Of a DNA stretch of 64,000 nt, positions 20,915-30,521 are shown piece after piece; the stretch's first letter is position 1, and every line of letters begins with the position of its first letter. Origin of the DNA: an uncultured Chloroflexia bacterium. Its GTDB lineage: Bacteria > Chloroflexota > Anaerolineae > Anaerolineales > UBA4823. The notes beneath the pieces are model-generated. The model saw nothing but the letters and a program-made list of their open reading frames with translations. It searched no databases and had not been told where the DNA came from. A program made the translations under genes and the position numbers. The stretch is from NCBI GenBank assembly GCA_963709875.1, contig CAVPYB010000012.1:392320-456319 (forward strand). Reading direction: 5' to 3'.

Positions 20915-22228
20915 TTGACAGACCAACACAATCCCCCGATAAAATCCATCGTCGCTTATACCACTGCTCCCTGGGAGCATGCCCTGGCGGTGCTGCGCTT
21001 CGTCGCACCGCTGCAGAAGGCCGGCATCACCCCCATACAGGGCAACCCTGGGGGACACACCGACCTGGATAAAATCTCGCAGGCGGATGCGGTTCTAATC
21101 CAGCGCGATTTCCCGAAATACTTGCAGGACTATGAAAGAATCCTGTCGGCCGCACGCGCGCAATCGAAGCCGGTCGTGTACGATCTGGACGACTGGCTCC
21201 TGGAGCTGCCTAAGACCCACCCCGACCGTGTCAGCCACCATTATGCAGGCAGTTTATTCCCCATCCTGCGCGCCATCACCGAAGCAGATGTGGTAACCGT
21301 CAGCACGGACAAGCTGGCGGAGCGCATTCATCCCCTGAATGAAAATATCCATGTGCTGCCCAATTACATTGATGAAGGGCTCTGGCATTTACAACCCAGG
21401 CAGACCACTATCGACCCCCAACTGCCGCTGACGCTCGTCTATATGGGCGGCGACTCTCATATCCCAGATTTCGAACCCCTCGTGCCGATATTATCGGAGA
21501 TATTACAGAGCTACGGCGAGCGAATTGTATATAAGTCCATCGGCATGCAGCCGGTGCCGGCGCTGCGTGGGCTTCCTAACGTGGAAGCTATCCCATTCCA
21601 GTTCACGTATTCCGCATACGCCGGGTTTGTGCAGCGGCAGCACTTTGATATTGCCATCGCTCCCCTGGCAGATAATATCTTCAATCACTGTAAGAGCTCG
21701 ATAAAATATTTGGAATACAGCACCCTGGGCATCCCGGGTGTCTTCAGCCGCGTTACCCCTTATGCAGGGCTGATAACAGATGGTGTAAACGGCTTCCTCG
21801 CCTCGGACCCGGAGGAGTGGCGCCAGGCGATCATCAGGCTGATCGAGGATACTCAGCTGAGAGCGGATATAGGCGCAGCCGCTCAAGAGAGCGTACGGCA
21901 GTGGCTGCTCGGCGACCACGCCTGGCTATGGCAGCAGGCATACCATCAGGCGGCTGCCAATATCGGACAAGAGAAAGCCTATGCCACGCTGCCGCTGTCA
22001 TTATTAGCAGACCTGACCCGTCAAAGCCGCCATTGGGAGCAGGAGATGGAATCGGGAAGGAGTGAAAACAAGCCTCAGGCGCCCGGCGAGCACAATGATG
22101 CCCGACCCGAACTTAAGAATAGACGGCTCCCCCAAAACACACCGGTGCAGGTAAACGACGGCATGGTTGCTGCCATCACCCGCGGGCTGGCACGCATATC
22201 CTCCCGATTTCGTCGGAAGCAGACATGA
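20915..22228 (+). CDS. GT-B-like glycosyltransferase, paralog of the N-terminal domain of 22284-24962
   Basis: Shares blocks with the next gene: VVYDLDDWLLELPKTHPDR / VFFDLDDLLFDLPEEHPDR, ADVVTVSTDKLAERIHPLN / ADAVTVSTPALQAAIQPLN, KYLEYSTLGIPGVFSRVTPY / RFFEHSACGIAGIYSRVAPY. Confidence 0.6.
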   Translation: MTDQHNPPIKSIVAYTTAPWEHALAVLRFVAPLQKAGITPIQGNPGGHTDLDKISQADAVLIQRDFPKYLQDYERILSAARAQSKPVVYDLDDWLLELPKTHPDRVSHHYAGSLFPILRAITEADVVTVSTDKLAERIHPLNENIHVLPNYIDEGLWHLQPRQTTIDPQLPLTLVYMGGDSHIPDFEPLVPILSEILQSYGERIVYKSIGMQPVPALRGLPNVEAIPFQFTYSAYAGFVQRQHFDIAIAPLADNIFNHCKSSIKYLEYSTLGIPGVFSRVTPYAGLITDGVNGFLASDPEEWRQAIIRLIEDTQLRADIGAAAQESVRQWLLGDHAWLWQQAYHQAAANIGQEKAYATLPLSLLADLTRQSRHWEQEMESGRSENKPQAPGEHNDARPELKNRRLPQNTPVQVNDGMVAAITRGLARISSRFRRKQT

Positions 22229-22283
22229 GGCCGGGCCGCAAAGCGATCATGCGGGGTCAATCTTATAGATTAGGTAAACATAT

Positions 22284-24962
22284 ATGAGACAAGATGGCAC
22301 GCCGCGCGTGGCGGCTTTTACGCTTTACAGCTGGGATCACAGGAGCCCAGTCACGCGACTGGTCACCCCCTGGGAACGTGCCGGTGCACAGGTCCTGCGC
22401 GGCACACAGTGGGATCAGGTTTTCATCGAAGTGATCGAAGGTGCCAACCTTGTCGTCTTGCACCGCGATTTCCCGCGCCTGGCAGAAGCTTACCAGCAGG
22501 TCATCCAGAGGGCGCGCAGCCTGGGCGTACCCGTGTTTTTCGACCTGGATGACCTGCTGTTCGACCTTCCCGAAGAACACCCGGATCGACAGTACCACTA
22601 CATCAGCGATGCCTTGTTCCCTGTTCTGCAAGCGGTCCTCGAAGCTGACGCTGTCACGGTCAGCACACCTGCATTGCAAGCAGCGATCCAGCCTCTCAAC
22701 CCAAACACTTTGCTTCTGCCCACCTGTCTGGATGACAATATGTGGAAGAAGGCAGGTGCCAATGCGAAAGGTGATCCGCCAGCATTGGTCATCGGCTGGA
22801 TCAACGACCAGCTGCCCTCGGATGGGTTCGATAACTGCACGGTTGGGCTGGAGCAGTTCCTGCGCCAGCAAGAAGCGGCTATCCTGCTGCGGGTATGGGG
22901 CAGGAGACCACCGGTTTCACTGCTTGCCCTTCCGAATGTGGATTGGCTGGCGGATATCCCAACCAGCTATGCACAGTTCGCAGCCAATTTTAGCGAGCAG
23001 CATATCGACCTGGCGCTGGTCCCCCACGGCAGTGAGCCGTTCGATCTCTGCCAGACGCCACTGCGCTTTTTCGAGCACAGCGCCTGTGGGATAGCTGGCA
23101 TTTACAGCCGGGTAGCGCCCTACCAGGATGTGGTCTCCCTTAGCGAAAACGGTTGGCTAGCGTCAACAGCCGAGGAATGGACGCAGGCGCTGGAGGCGCT
23201 GGCTGGCTCGGCTGAACTGCGAGAACGGATCGCCGCATCGGCCCAAAACAACCTCCGGGAGAAATGGTTGCTCTCGCAGAATGCCTATCTCTGGAAAGAT
23301 GCCTTCGATAGATCTGCCGGTCTGGCCGATCAGCACAAGGAATTCCAGCCGCTTGCCAGCCAGGCAGCACAGCTTTCCGCTCAGATCCGGCGTTGGCAGC
23401 GTGACCTGGAACGCCGCCTGTACGATCGTGAATGGGAGCTGCGCGCCACAAATCTGATGATGGTACGCAAGGACCGCCAAGCCGGTGAATACATCCAGCA
23501 GCTTGGCTCCCAATTGGAGCAGATCTGGAGTGATCCTGCCTGGCGCTTACTCAATAAAGCCAAGCAGCTGGTAAAAAGAGCAGCCGCGCCCAGCGCAGCG
23601 GACACATACTCAGAGACCGAAGCGAATCCAGAGAGCGGGAAGATGGACGCTGATGGAGAGCCTGTTTTCGGGGATCTGCCGCAGGTGATCGCCCCTGCAG
23701 CCACCTTCGACCTGTTCTGGTTTAAAGGAGCGAGCTGGGAGCAACTGCCCGAAAAAGAACACCGCCGTGCGGTCGAGTTCGCCAAAGGCGGCATACGTGT
23801 TGTAATCGTCTCCCCAGACGGGCAGCCGGGAAATTCACCAACCTTCCGGCAGTTGGCGGATGGCATTTATGAGCTAGCCCTACCGACCGATAAACACGCT
23901 CATGATTCCAGCAGCTCGCAGTCTGAAGCAGCCTTTCAATATCAAGAAATATTCGCCGATATGCGCCTGGAGCTTGGCATCTTTGAAGCCGTCTGCTGGA
24001 TCGATGATCCGCTGTGGGTGGACACGTGCTGCCGGTTGCGGAATTTTTACGGCTGGAAAATCGCTGCTCCAGCCCACCGCTCTGATGGCTTACGAAACCC
24101 CGACAGCCTGCTTGTTCGCAGCGATCTTGTCTTCGATTCGCCAATCGAAGATCTGTCTTATGACACTATCCGGCGGGAGCTGCTCGGCCTCTACCCTCTG
24201 ACCAGCATCGTCATCCTAACCTACAACAACCTGGACTACACAAAGCAATGTCTGGACAGCATCCGCCGAAAGACAGCCTATCCGAACTACGAAGTCATTA
24301 TCGTGGATAATGCCTCCACCGACGGTACCGTCGAGTTCTTGAATGTCTACGCCGCATCCCACCACAATATACGGCTGGTTATCAACGAGGAGAATCGGGG
24401 GTTTTCTGCCGGCAACAACCAGGGCGTCGAAATCAGCGAGGGAGATTACATCGTTTTCCTTAACAACGATACCCTGGTTACCCAGGGCTGGCTCTCCGGG
24501 CTGATCTCACACCTGCGCGATCCGGCTACCGGAGCGGTCGGACCGGTGACGAATTCATCCGGTAATGAGAGCAAGATCGGTGTCGATTACAGCGACATCA
24601 GCGGTCTGGAGGATTTCGCCAGACGCAACAGGCGGGCGCACATCGACCGGTCCTTCGATATCCGTATGCTGGCGTTGTACTGTATGCTCGTGCGGCGCTC
24701 GGTGATCGACGAAGTCGGTCTACTCGACGAACGTTTCGGTGTTGGAATGTATGAAGACGACGATTTCTCCCTGCGGATCAGGCAAAAAGGCTACCGCATC
24801 CTGTGCGCCGAGGATGTCTATATCCATCACTGGGGCAGCGCCAGCTTCTCCAGGCTGGAAGAAGAGCATTACCAACGCCTGTACCTTGAGAACCGGCGGT
24901 TATTCGAAGAGAAATGGGGGACAGAGTGGCAACCTCACCGCTGGCGCATGGATGAGGAATAG
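22284..24962 (+). CDS. multidomain glycosyltransferase: GT-B-like domain + coiled-coil + middle domain + C-terminal GT2 domain
   Basis: 892-aa ORF; heptad-like charged segment about 23320-23600 (QAAQLSAQIRRWQRDLERRLYDREWELRATN...). C-terminal SIVILTYNNLDYTKQCLDSIRRKT...VIIVDNASTDGT...FLNNDT and YEDDDFSLR are GT2 (rhamnosyltransferase-like) motifs. Confidence 0.7.
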   Translation: MRQDGTPRVAAFTLYSWDHRSPVTRLVTPWERAGAQVLRGTQWDQVFIEVIEGANLVVLHRDFPRLAEAYQQVIQRARSLGVPVFFDLDDLLFDLPEEHPDRQYHYISDALFPVLQAVLEADAVTVSTPALQAAIQPLNPNTLLLPTCLDDNMWKKAGANAKGDPPALVIGWINDQLPSDGFDNCTVGLEQFLRQQEAAILLRVWGRRPPVSLLALPNVDWLADIPTSYAQFAANFSEQHIDLALVPHGSEPFDLCQTPLRFFEHSACGIAGIYSRVAPYQDVVSLSENGWLASTAEEWTQALEALAGSAELRERIAASAQNNLREKWLLSQNAYLWKDAFDRSAGLADQHKEFQPLASQAAQLSAQIRRWQRDLERRLYDREWELRATNLMMVRKDRQAGEYIQQLGSQLEQIWSDPAWRLLNKAKQLVKRAAAPSAADTYSETEANPESGKMDADGEPVFGDLPQVIAPAATFDLFWFKGASWEQLPEKEHRRAVEFAKGGIRVVIVSPDGQPGNSPTFRQLADGIYELALPTDKHAHDSSSSQSEAAFQYQEIFADMRLELGIFEAVCWIDDPLWVDTCCRLRNFYGWKIAAPAHRSDGLRNPDSLLVRSDLVFDSPIEDLSYDTIRRELLGLYPLTSIVILTYNNLDYTKQCLDSIRRKTAYPNYEVIIVDNASTDGTVEFLNVYAASHHNIRLVINEENRGFSAGNNQGVEISEGDYIVFLNNDTLVTQGWLSGLISHLRDPATGAVGPVTNSSGNESKIGVDYSDISGLEDFARRNRRAHIDRSFDIRMLALYCMLVRRSVIDEVGLLDERFGVGMYEDDDFSLRIRQKGYRILCAEDVYIHHWGSASFSRLEEEHYQRLYLENRRLFEEKWGTEWQPHRWRMDEE

Positions 24963-25208
24963 CAGTGCCTCAATTTTGCTGCCCGTTAAGCCGATCTTAA
25001 TTCATCCATTCCGAGATATTAACCTCAACCGCCAGACTGGAAGCTATAATCCCAAACAGCATTTGCCCAAGCATAACGCCTGCCGGCATTGCTAACTCGT
25101 TTTCTCCAACCAGCTTACAATTTTGTCGTTTGGGCAGGATTGAATATCGGTTATAAATAAGGAGAGAAAGCAGAATATATTGTAATTATTATCGAAACAG
25201 TAATTCAT

Positions 25209-26360
25209 ATGGCAAACAAACAGACTTCACACAATAAATACCTGCCGGGTTGGTCTAATAAGCTTCTGGCATCATTCCTTATTCTGGTCATTTTTATGGG
25301 GTGCCTCAATCTGGTAGAGCGTCCCCTCCCTGCTGCTGCGCAAACGACAACCCGGCGTGTCTTCCTGCCCTTGACCGCCTCCAGCTACCGCAGCGGAGCA
25401 CCGATCCTGCTGGGCACTTATTCTTCAGCATACTTGGGTACCCAGGCTGCAATCGATACTCATTTGAAATCCCTGGATTCTTGGGCTGGAAAAGGCATCT
25501 CTATCGCCGGGACCTTCCTGGGAATACACGATGCTAACCCTCAATACAACGTGGGCGTCCCTTTAGAACTGTTATGGGATAACGGCTACACCGCATTTGT
25601 GAACCTGATGACCCAAGGCACTGCAGCCCAGATTGCCCAGGGAGCGGAAGATGGCAATATTCAAAAAGTGGCAGCTGCGTTCGCTTATTGGATGTGGTTA
25701 GCCCAGCAGGAAAACCAGGAACGCTTCGTCTTTATCGCCCCGTTACCGGAAGCCAATATCACCAATGGTAATTCTTACGGCGGGGACCCGGCCTCCTTCA
25801 TCACCGCCTACAAGCGCATACAGGACATTTTTGCCAGCGAATTTGCCAAAGTCAAGGTGCCATTCAACTCGATCAGCTGGGTATTCGCCCCAAACGGTGT
25901 GGATGAACCCGGCAAACCGGTCTTCGAGGCTTATTATCCAGGCGGAGATCGGGTCGACCTGGTTGCTTTCAGCTCCTACAACTGGGGCTACTGCGTGCAC
26001 TGGAAATACGATCGCTGGCAGTTGGGTCCTGAGCTCTACCTGCCCTTTGTCCAGCGCATGAACGCACTCGCGCCCGGAAAGCCAATCTTCATCGCCCAGA
26101 CAGCATCTACATCGGAGTACCCCTATCCCAACAACTACAACTATACCCAGAAGAGCCAGTGGTTCGTCGATGTATACGGATATCTCGAAAGTCTGGATGG
26201 TGTCCGTGGGATCTTATATTTCAACATCCAAGGAGAATGCGACTGGCCGTTCTTCAAGAGCGGAGTCCTGCAGTACGAAGGCTATCGTCAGGCCATCTCC
26301 AGCCCGGCGTACGAGTACTGGAGCCCGGTTGAAGTCTCAGCCGGCTTCTCAACTCCCTGA
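25209..26360 (+). CDS. membrane-anchored/secreted glycoside hydrolase, GH26-like
   Basis: N-terminal TM LLASFLILVIFMGCL; IAQGAEDGNIQKVAAAF, FIAPLPEANITNG and AYYPGGDRVDLVAFSSYNWG resemble GH26 blocks (ia.G.yD.yi, hEmNg, yYPGddyVDwvG.D.Y). Confidence 0.45.
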   Translation: MANKQTSHNKYLPGWSNKLLASFLILVIFMGCLNLVERPLPAAAQTTTRRVFLPLTASSYRSGAPILLGTYSSAYLGTQAAIDTHLKSLDSWAGKGISIAGTFLGIHDANPQYNVGVPLELLWDNGYTAFVNLMTQGTAAQIAQGAEDGNIQKVAAAFAYWMWLAQQENQERFVFIAPLPEANITNGNSYGGDPASFITAYKRIQDIFASEFAKVKVPFNSISWVFAPNGVDEPGKPVFEAYYPGGDRVDLVAFSSYNWGYCVHWKYDRWQLGPELYLPFVQRMNALAPGKPIFIAQTASTSEYPYPNNYNYTQKSQWFVDVYGYLESLDGVRGILYFNIQGECDWPFFKSGVLQYEGYRQAISSPAYEYWSPVEVSAGFSTP

Positions 26361-26515
26361 AATCCTCATGCTCGAGCCGTAAATTTATTGCATCTTCCCA
26401 GACTACCGGGAATACATATCCCTTTGCTCCGCGATCAGGGGGAGAACCAGGAATTGCTTCGCATATAACCCCGGTTAGCACATCAAGGAGCATCTAACCC
26501 TGTAAGGTATAATCT

Positions 26516-27388
26516 ATGTTCAGGCATCTGCTCCAGTCATGGATGCCTTTTTTGGAGGCTGGCGTGCAGCATTCCGAGGAAATTTACGATTCTTCTCAAA
26601 GACCACACCCATTCATCGATGAGTTCCTGTCGATATTACGCTACCGCGAGCTGATCTACCAGTTCACGGCGCGCTCGATCACCGCGCGCTATAAGCGATC
26701 CGTCATCGGGGTAGCATGGACAATGCTGAACCCGCTGATGACCATGATCGTGCTCACGCTGGTCTTTTCCCAGCTCTTCAGATGGAATGTGCCCTCTTAC
26801 CCGGTGTATGTCCTCAGCGGATTGATCATCTGGAACTTTTTCTCGCATACCACCAGCTCTGCTATGGGCGAAATGATCTGGAGCGGAGGGCTGCTGAACC
26901 GCATCTACGTTCCGAAAAGTGTTTTCGCTGTGTCTGCTATGGGCACCGGGCTGGTGAACCTGGGTCTATCGCTGGTGCCCCTGCTGCTCATCGCGATAGT
27001 CATCGGAACCCGCATCACCCCGGCGATCCTCGTCCTGCCCATCTCGATCCTGCTGCTGGCGATCTTTTCCCTGGGAGTCGGTCTGATCCTGGCGACGGCG
27101 GTAGTTTTTTTCGCCGATATGATGCCGGTTTATGAGGTACTGCTGACGATATGGTTCTATGCCACACCAATCATTTACCCGATAGAAGTGGTGCCTTCGA
27201 ACCTGCTCTGGCTCTTCCGTTTGAACCCCATGCTGTATCTGCTGAAAATCTTCCGCGATCCGCTTTATCTAGGGACCGTCCCCGAACTGCATGTATGGGG
27301 CATCGCCGCCGGTTTTGCTTTCGCTGCCTTTATCGCTGGTGGCTTGATTTTCACTTCCAGGTCGAATGAATTCGCTTACCGCATCTAA
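26516..27388 (+). CDS. wzm: ABC-2 type polysaccharide exporter permease (Wzm/TagG-like)
   Basis: YRELIYQFTARSITARYKRSVIGVAWTMLNPL signature plus 6 TM segments. Confidence 0.85.
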   Translation: MFRHLLQSWMPFLEAGVQHSEEIYDSSQRPHPFIDEFLSILRYRELIYQFTARSITARYKRSVIGVAWTMLNPLMTMIVLTLVFSQLFRWNVPSYPVYVLSGLIIWNFFSHTTSSAMGEMIWSGGLLNRIYVPKSVFAVSAMGTGLVNLGLSLVPLLLIAIVIGTRITPAILVLPISILLLAIFSLGVGLILATAVVFFADMMPVYEVLLTIWFYATPIIYPIEVVPSNLLWLFRLNPMLYLLKIFRDPLYLGTVPELHVWGIAAGFAFAAFIAGGLIFTSRSNEFAYRI

Positions 27389-28145
27389 ATCCCAACACAA
27401 AAACCATATGACATCAGATGGCAGACCGGTTATCCGCTTCGAAGATGTAGCGGTGCTGTACCGCGTGCCGCGCGAACGTGTCTCCGGGATCAAGGAGTAT
27501 GCTGTACGCTGGCTGCAGCGGCGCCTGAGATACGAGGAATTCTGGGCGCTGCGGGATATCAGCTTCGAGGTGAAGCGCGGCGAGGTATTCGGGGTGATTG
27601 GGCGCAACGGTGCCGGTAAGAGCACCATGCTGAAAGTGATGGCACGCGTGCTGCACCCTACTCGCGGACGGGTGGTCATGAACGGTAAGATCGCACCCTT
27701 GCTGGAGTTGGGCGCCGGCTTCCACCCGGAACTGACCGGTCGTGAGAATGTCTACCTGAACGGCGCGCTGCTGGGCTATACCCGCAGGCAGGTAGACGAG
27801 CTCTTCTCCTCCATCCTGGACTTTGCCGAGATCGGTGACTTCATCGATGCCCCTCTGCGCACCTACTCGACCGGGATGGTAGCCCGTCTCGGCTTCTCTG
27901 TTGCGACCTGCATACGCCCCGATATCCTGCTGGTTGACGAAGTGCTTTCCGTAGGAGACAGCCGCTTCCAGCAAAAATGTCTGGACCGCATGAACTCTTT
28001 CCAGGAAGAAGGCACTACCATTGTGATCGTTTCCCACAGCATGCAGACCATCCAGAATTTCTGCAGCCGGGCGTTGTGGCTCGATCAAGGTCGAGCGGGG
28101 GCAATTGGATCTGTATCCGATGTGATCAGCAGTTATACCACCTAA
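27366..28145 (+). CDS. wzt: ABC polysaccharide exporter ATP-binding protein (Wzt/TagH-like), no C-terminal carbohydrate-binding domain
   Basis: Walker A GRNGAGKST, signature YSTGMVARL, Walker B ILLVDEVLSVGD; only 259 aa; an alternative ATG at 27408 is possible. Confidence 0.85.
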   Translation: MNSLTASKSQHKNHMTSDGRPVIRFEDVAVLYRVPRERVSGIKEYAVRWLQRRLRYEEFWALRDISFEVKRGEVFGVIGRNGAGKSTMLKVMARVLHPTRGRVVMNGKIAPLLELGAGFHPELTGRENVYLNGALLGYTRRQVDELFSSILDFAEIGDFIDAPLRTYSTGMVARLGFSVATCIRPDILLVDEVLSVGDSRFQQKCLDRMNSFQEEGTTIVIVSHSMQTIQNFCSRALWLDQGRAGAIGSVSDVISSYTT

Positions 28146-28154
28146 TCTGTACGC

Positions 28155-30521
28155 ATGGCAGTCAAGAACGAGAAAATTCATCCCACCCAAAGCAGCTGGT
28201 TCAAACGCCTGCGCTATTGGCTGATACCTGCCAACAGCAAACAGGAGGCCGAGCTGTGGAAAATGGTCAAAAGCGCCCGTGCCCGCGAGTACGCTGCTGC
28301 GCTGATCGGTGGGGTACGCCTGCTCCTGGCGGTACTATTTGTACCCTTCATCCGCTGGCTGCGGCCGCGCGGTGTTTTCGCCGGCGAGCCCTACCTGCAG
28401 GATAACAGCCGGGTAATCCTGTACACCAATCAAGAGCAGCTGCTCCCGGAATACAAGCTGCGAAGATCATTCGAGAGCGGGTACCCACGCACAAAGCCTG
28501 TATCACTGATATTGACCCTGGTGAACGAAGCAGACAGCCTGCCCGCCTGGCTGGATAGCTTATCCACACAGACCCGCCGGCCGGACGAGCTTGTCATCGT
28601 CGATGGCGGCTCCACCGATGGCTCGCTGGAGCTGCTGCGCAGCTTCGCTGAGAACAGTGAATTCCCGGTTACCATCCTCTCAGAGCCTGGAGCGAATATC
28701 GCCCGCGGCCGCAATATCGCCATCGAGAACGCACAGCATGAAATAATCGCCAGCACCGACCTGGGCTGCAGGCTGAATCCTGCCTGGCTCGAGAATATCA
28801 CCGCCCCCTTCGAGATCGATCAAAAGACCCAGATATCAGCCGGTTGGTATGAGATGATCAAGAGCTCATCCGCGAAGATGGCGCTCTTCGGGGCTGATAT
28901 CGAGAAGATCAACCCGCAGGCTTTCCTGCCCTCTTCACGCTCAATTGCTTTTACCAGAGCAGCCTGGCAGGCTGTTGGCGGTTACCCCGAATGGGTTACG
29001 CTGACCGGGGAAGATTCCCTCTTCGATATCGAGCTAAAAAAAGCCTGCCGGCATTGGGCGTTTGCAGCAGAAGCTGTCGTGTACTGGCAGGCTCCATCCT
29101 CGCTGAGCGAGTACTGGCATAAGCTGCGCAGCTGGTCGGTCGGTGACGGAGAGTCGCTTTTCGGGGGTCGTCTCTACTGGCACAGCCTGCTGCGTCTGGT
29201 ATTCCTGCTGGTCTCGATCATCTTTGTCGCTGCAGCGGGATTATCCGCCGCGATCCTGGGCAGTCTCCCACCGATTTGGGCGGTATTTATCCCGCTGGTC
29301 TGGGCCTATCTAGCCTCGGTGCTGGTCTTCGGCGCCAGGCATTTCTCACCCCTGGACCTGGTCAGCGAAACAGGGGCTGAAGCTGCCCGAGTGCGTGGAT
29401 TCCTGCAGGGATCGAAAAAGCGCCCGTCCGTGCTGGCTCAGCGCTATGCTCGCGCCAAGGGCTTCTTCCTTATCCTGGCTGGTGTGCCGATCGACGACAC
29501 CGGCGGTGGGGCACGCTGTACGCAGATCTCCCTCGAGCTGCTGCGCCAGGGATATGCAGTTTTTTACCTTAACAAATTCCCAAAATATGAGAGCGTCGAT
29601 CTAGACCTGACCATATACCACCCGATGCTGTCAACCGCTCCACTGGCTCACTTTCGCTGGGATGCGTTCCAGAGAAATTATCGTCATTTATTTACCGGAA
29701 ACACCTTCGCCGCATTGCTGGAGTTCCCTTTGAAAGAATTCCTGCCTATCGCCAAAGGCGTATCCCGCCAGGGCGGGGCAGTGATCTACGATCTGCTGGA
29801 CGACTGGAACACATCTCTGGGCGGCGACTGGTATTCATTTGATATTGAAAAGCAGGTCATCGAGCACAGCCAGGTCCTGGTCGCCACGGAAGAATCGCTG
29901 CTCGAGCGGTTGGAGGTGCTGAGCCAGCGCCCGGCTGCACTGCTGCCCAATGCTGTCAACAGCCTGCTGTTCGACCCAAACCACCCCCACCCGCGCCCAG
30001 AAGACTTCCCCGATGGGGAATGGGCGATTATATACATCGGCGCGCTGTGGGGAGAATGGTTCGATTGGGAATTGCTTACCGGCATCGCTATGGCCTACCC
30101 GCAGGCATCGGTCGTAGTGATAGGAGATTACCGCGGCCAGTGCTCGCAGCCACCGACAAACCTGCATTTCCTGGGATTGAAAGCCCAGCAATCCCTCCCG
30201 GCATACCTGGCACACTCCCAGGTTGCCATCATCCCCTGGGTAGTCAGCCCGATCACCCAGGCGACCAGCCCGCTCAAGGTGTACGAATACCTGAGCATGC
30301 GCAAACCCGTTGTTGCCCCAGACCTAACCCCGCTGCGGGATTTACCAGGCGTGCTGACTGCAAGGGATCGCTCGGACTTCACCGCTAAAGTGGAGGCTGC
30401 GCGTCGGCTTGAGCTGCCGCTCGAGCAGATCGATGCATTCACGGCTGAGAACAGCTGGCAAGCACGCGTAAACCAGCTTCTGGAACTCGTCGAGACCGCC
30501 CGCACTACAACTCCTGCATGA
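28155..30521 (+). CDS. bifunctional glycosyltransferase: TM + GT2 domain + TM bundle + GT-B (GT4-like) domain
   Basis: 788 aa; SLILTLVNEADSLPAWLDSLSTQTRRPDELVIVDGGSTDGS (GT2), hydrophobic block ~29170-29350, C-terminal ATSPLKVYEYLSMRKPVVAP (GT-B E..E-type region). Confidence 0.7.
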   Translation: MAVKNEKIHPTQSSWFKRLRYWLIPANSKQEAELWKMVKSARAREYAAALIGGVRLLLAVLFVPFIRWLRPRGVFAGEPYLQDNSRVILYTNQEQLLPEYKLRRSFESGYPRTKPVSLILTLVNEADSLPAWLDSLSTQTRRPDELVIVDGGSTDGSLELLRSFAENSEFPVTILSEPGANIARGRNIAIENAQHEIIASTDLGCRLNPAWLENITAPFEIDQKTQISAGWYEMIKSSSAKMALFGADIEKINPQAFLPSSRSIAFTRAAWQAVGGYPEWVTLTGEDSLFDIELKKACRHWAFAAEAVVYWQAPSSLSEYWHKLRSWSVGDGESLFGGRLYWHSLLRLVFLLVSIIFVAAAGLSAAILGSLPPIWAVFIPLVWAYLASVLVFGARHFSPLDLVSETGAEAARVRGFLQGSKKRPSVLAQRYARAKGFFLILAGVPIDDTGGGARCTQISLELLRQGYAVFYLNKFPKYESVDLDLTIYHPMLSTAPLAHFRWDAFQRNYRHLFTGNTFAALLEFPLKEFLPIAKGVSRQGGAVIYDLLDDWNTSLGGDWYSFDIEKQVIEHSQVLVATEESLLERLEVLSQRPAALLPNAVNSLLFDPNHPHPRPEDFPDGEWAIIYIGALWGEWFDWELLTGIAMAYPQASVVVIGDYRGQCSQPPTNLHFLGLKAQQSLPAYLAHSQVAIIPWVVSPITQATSPLKVYEYLSMRKPVVAPDLTPLRDLPGVLTARDRSDFTAKVEAARRLELPLEQIDAFTAENSWQARVNQLLELVETARTTTPA

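Noticed and set aside
26071-26110. GH26-like protein appears to have Gln where the nucleophile Glu is expected (KPIFIAQTAS)
   Set aside because: The alignment was made by eye only, and a Glu lies a few residues downstream (TSEYP). I cannot claim loss of the nucleophile without a proper alignment.
26508-26513. TATAAT immediately before the wzm ATG as a leaderless-mRNA promoter
   Set aside because: Only 2 nt separate the hexamer from ATG 26516, too close for a transcript to start at the ATG. There is no convincing -35. It could serve a downstream start, but the evidence is too weak.
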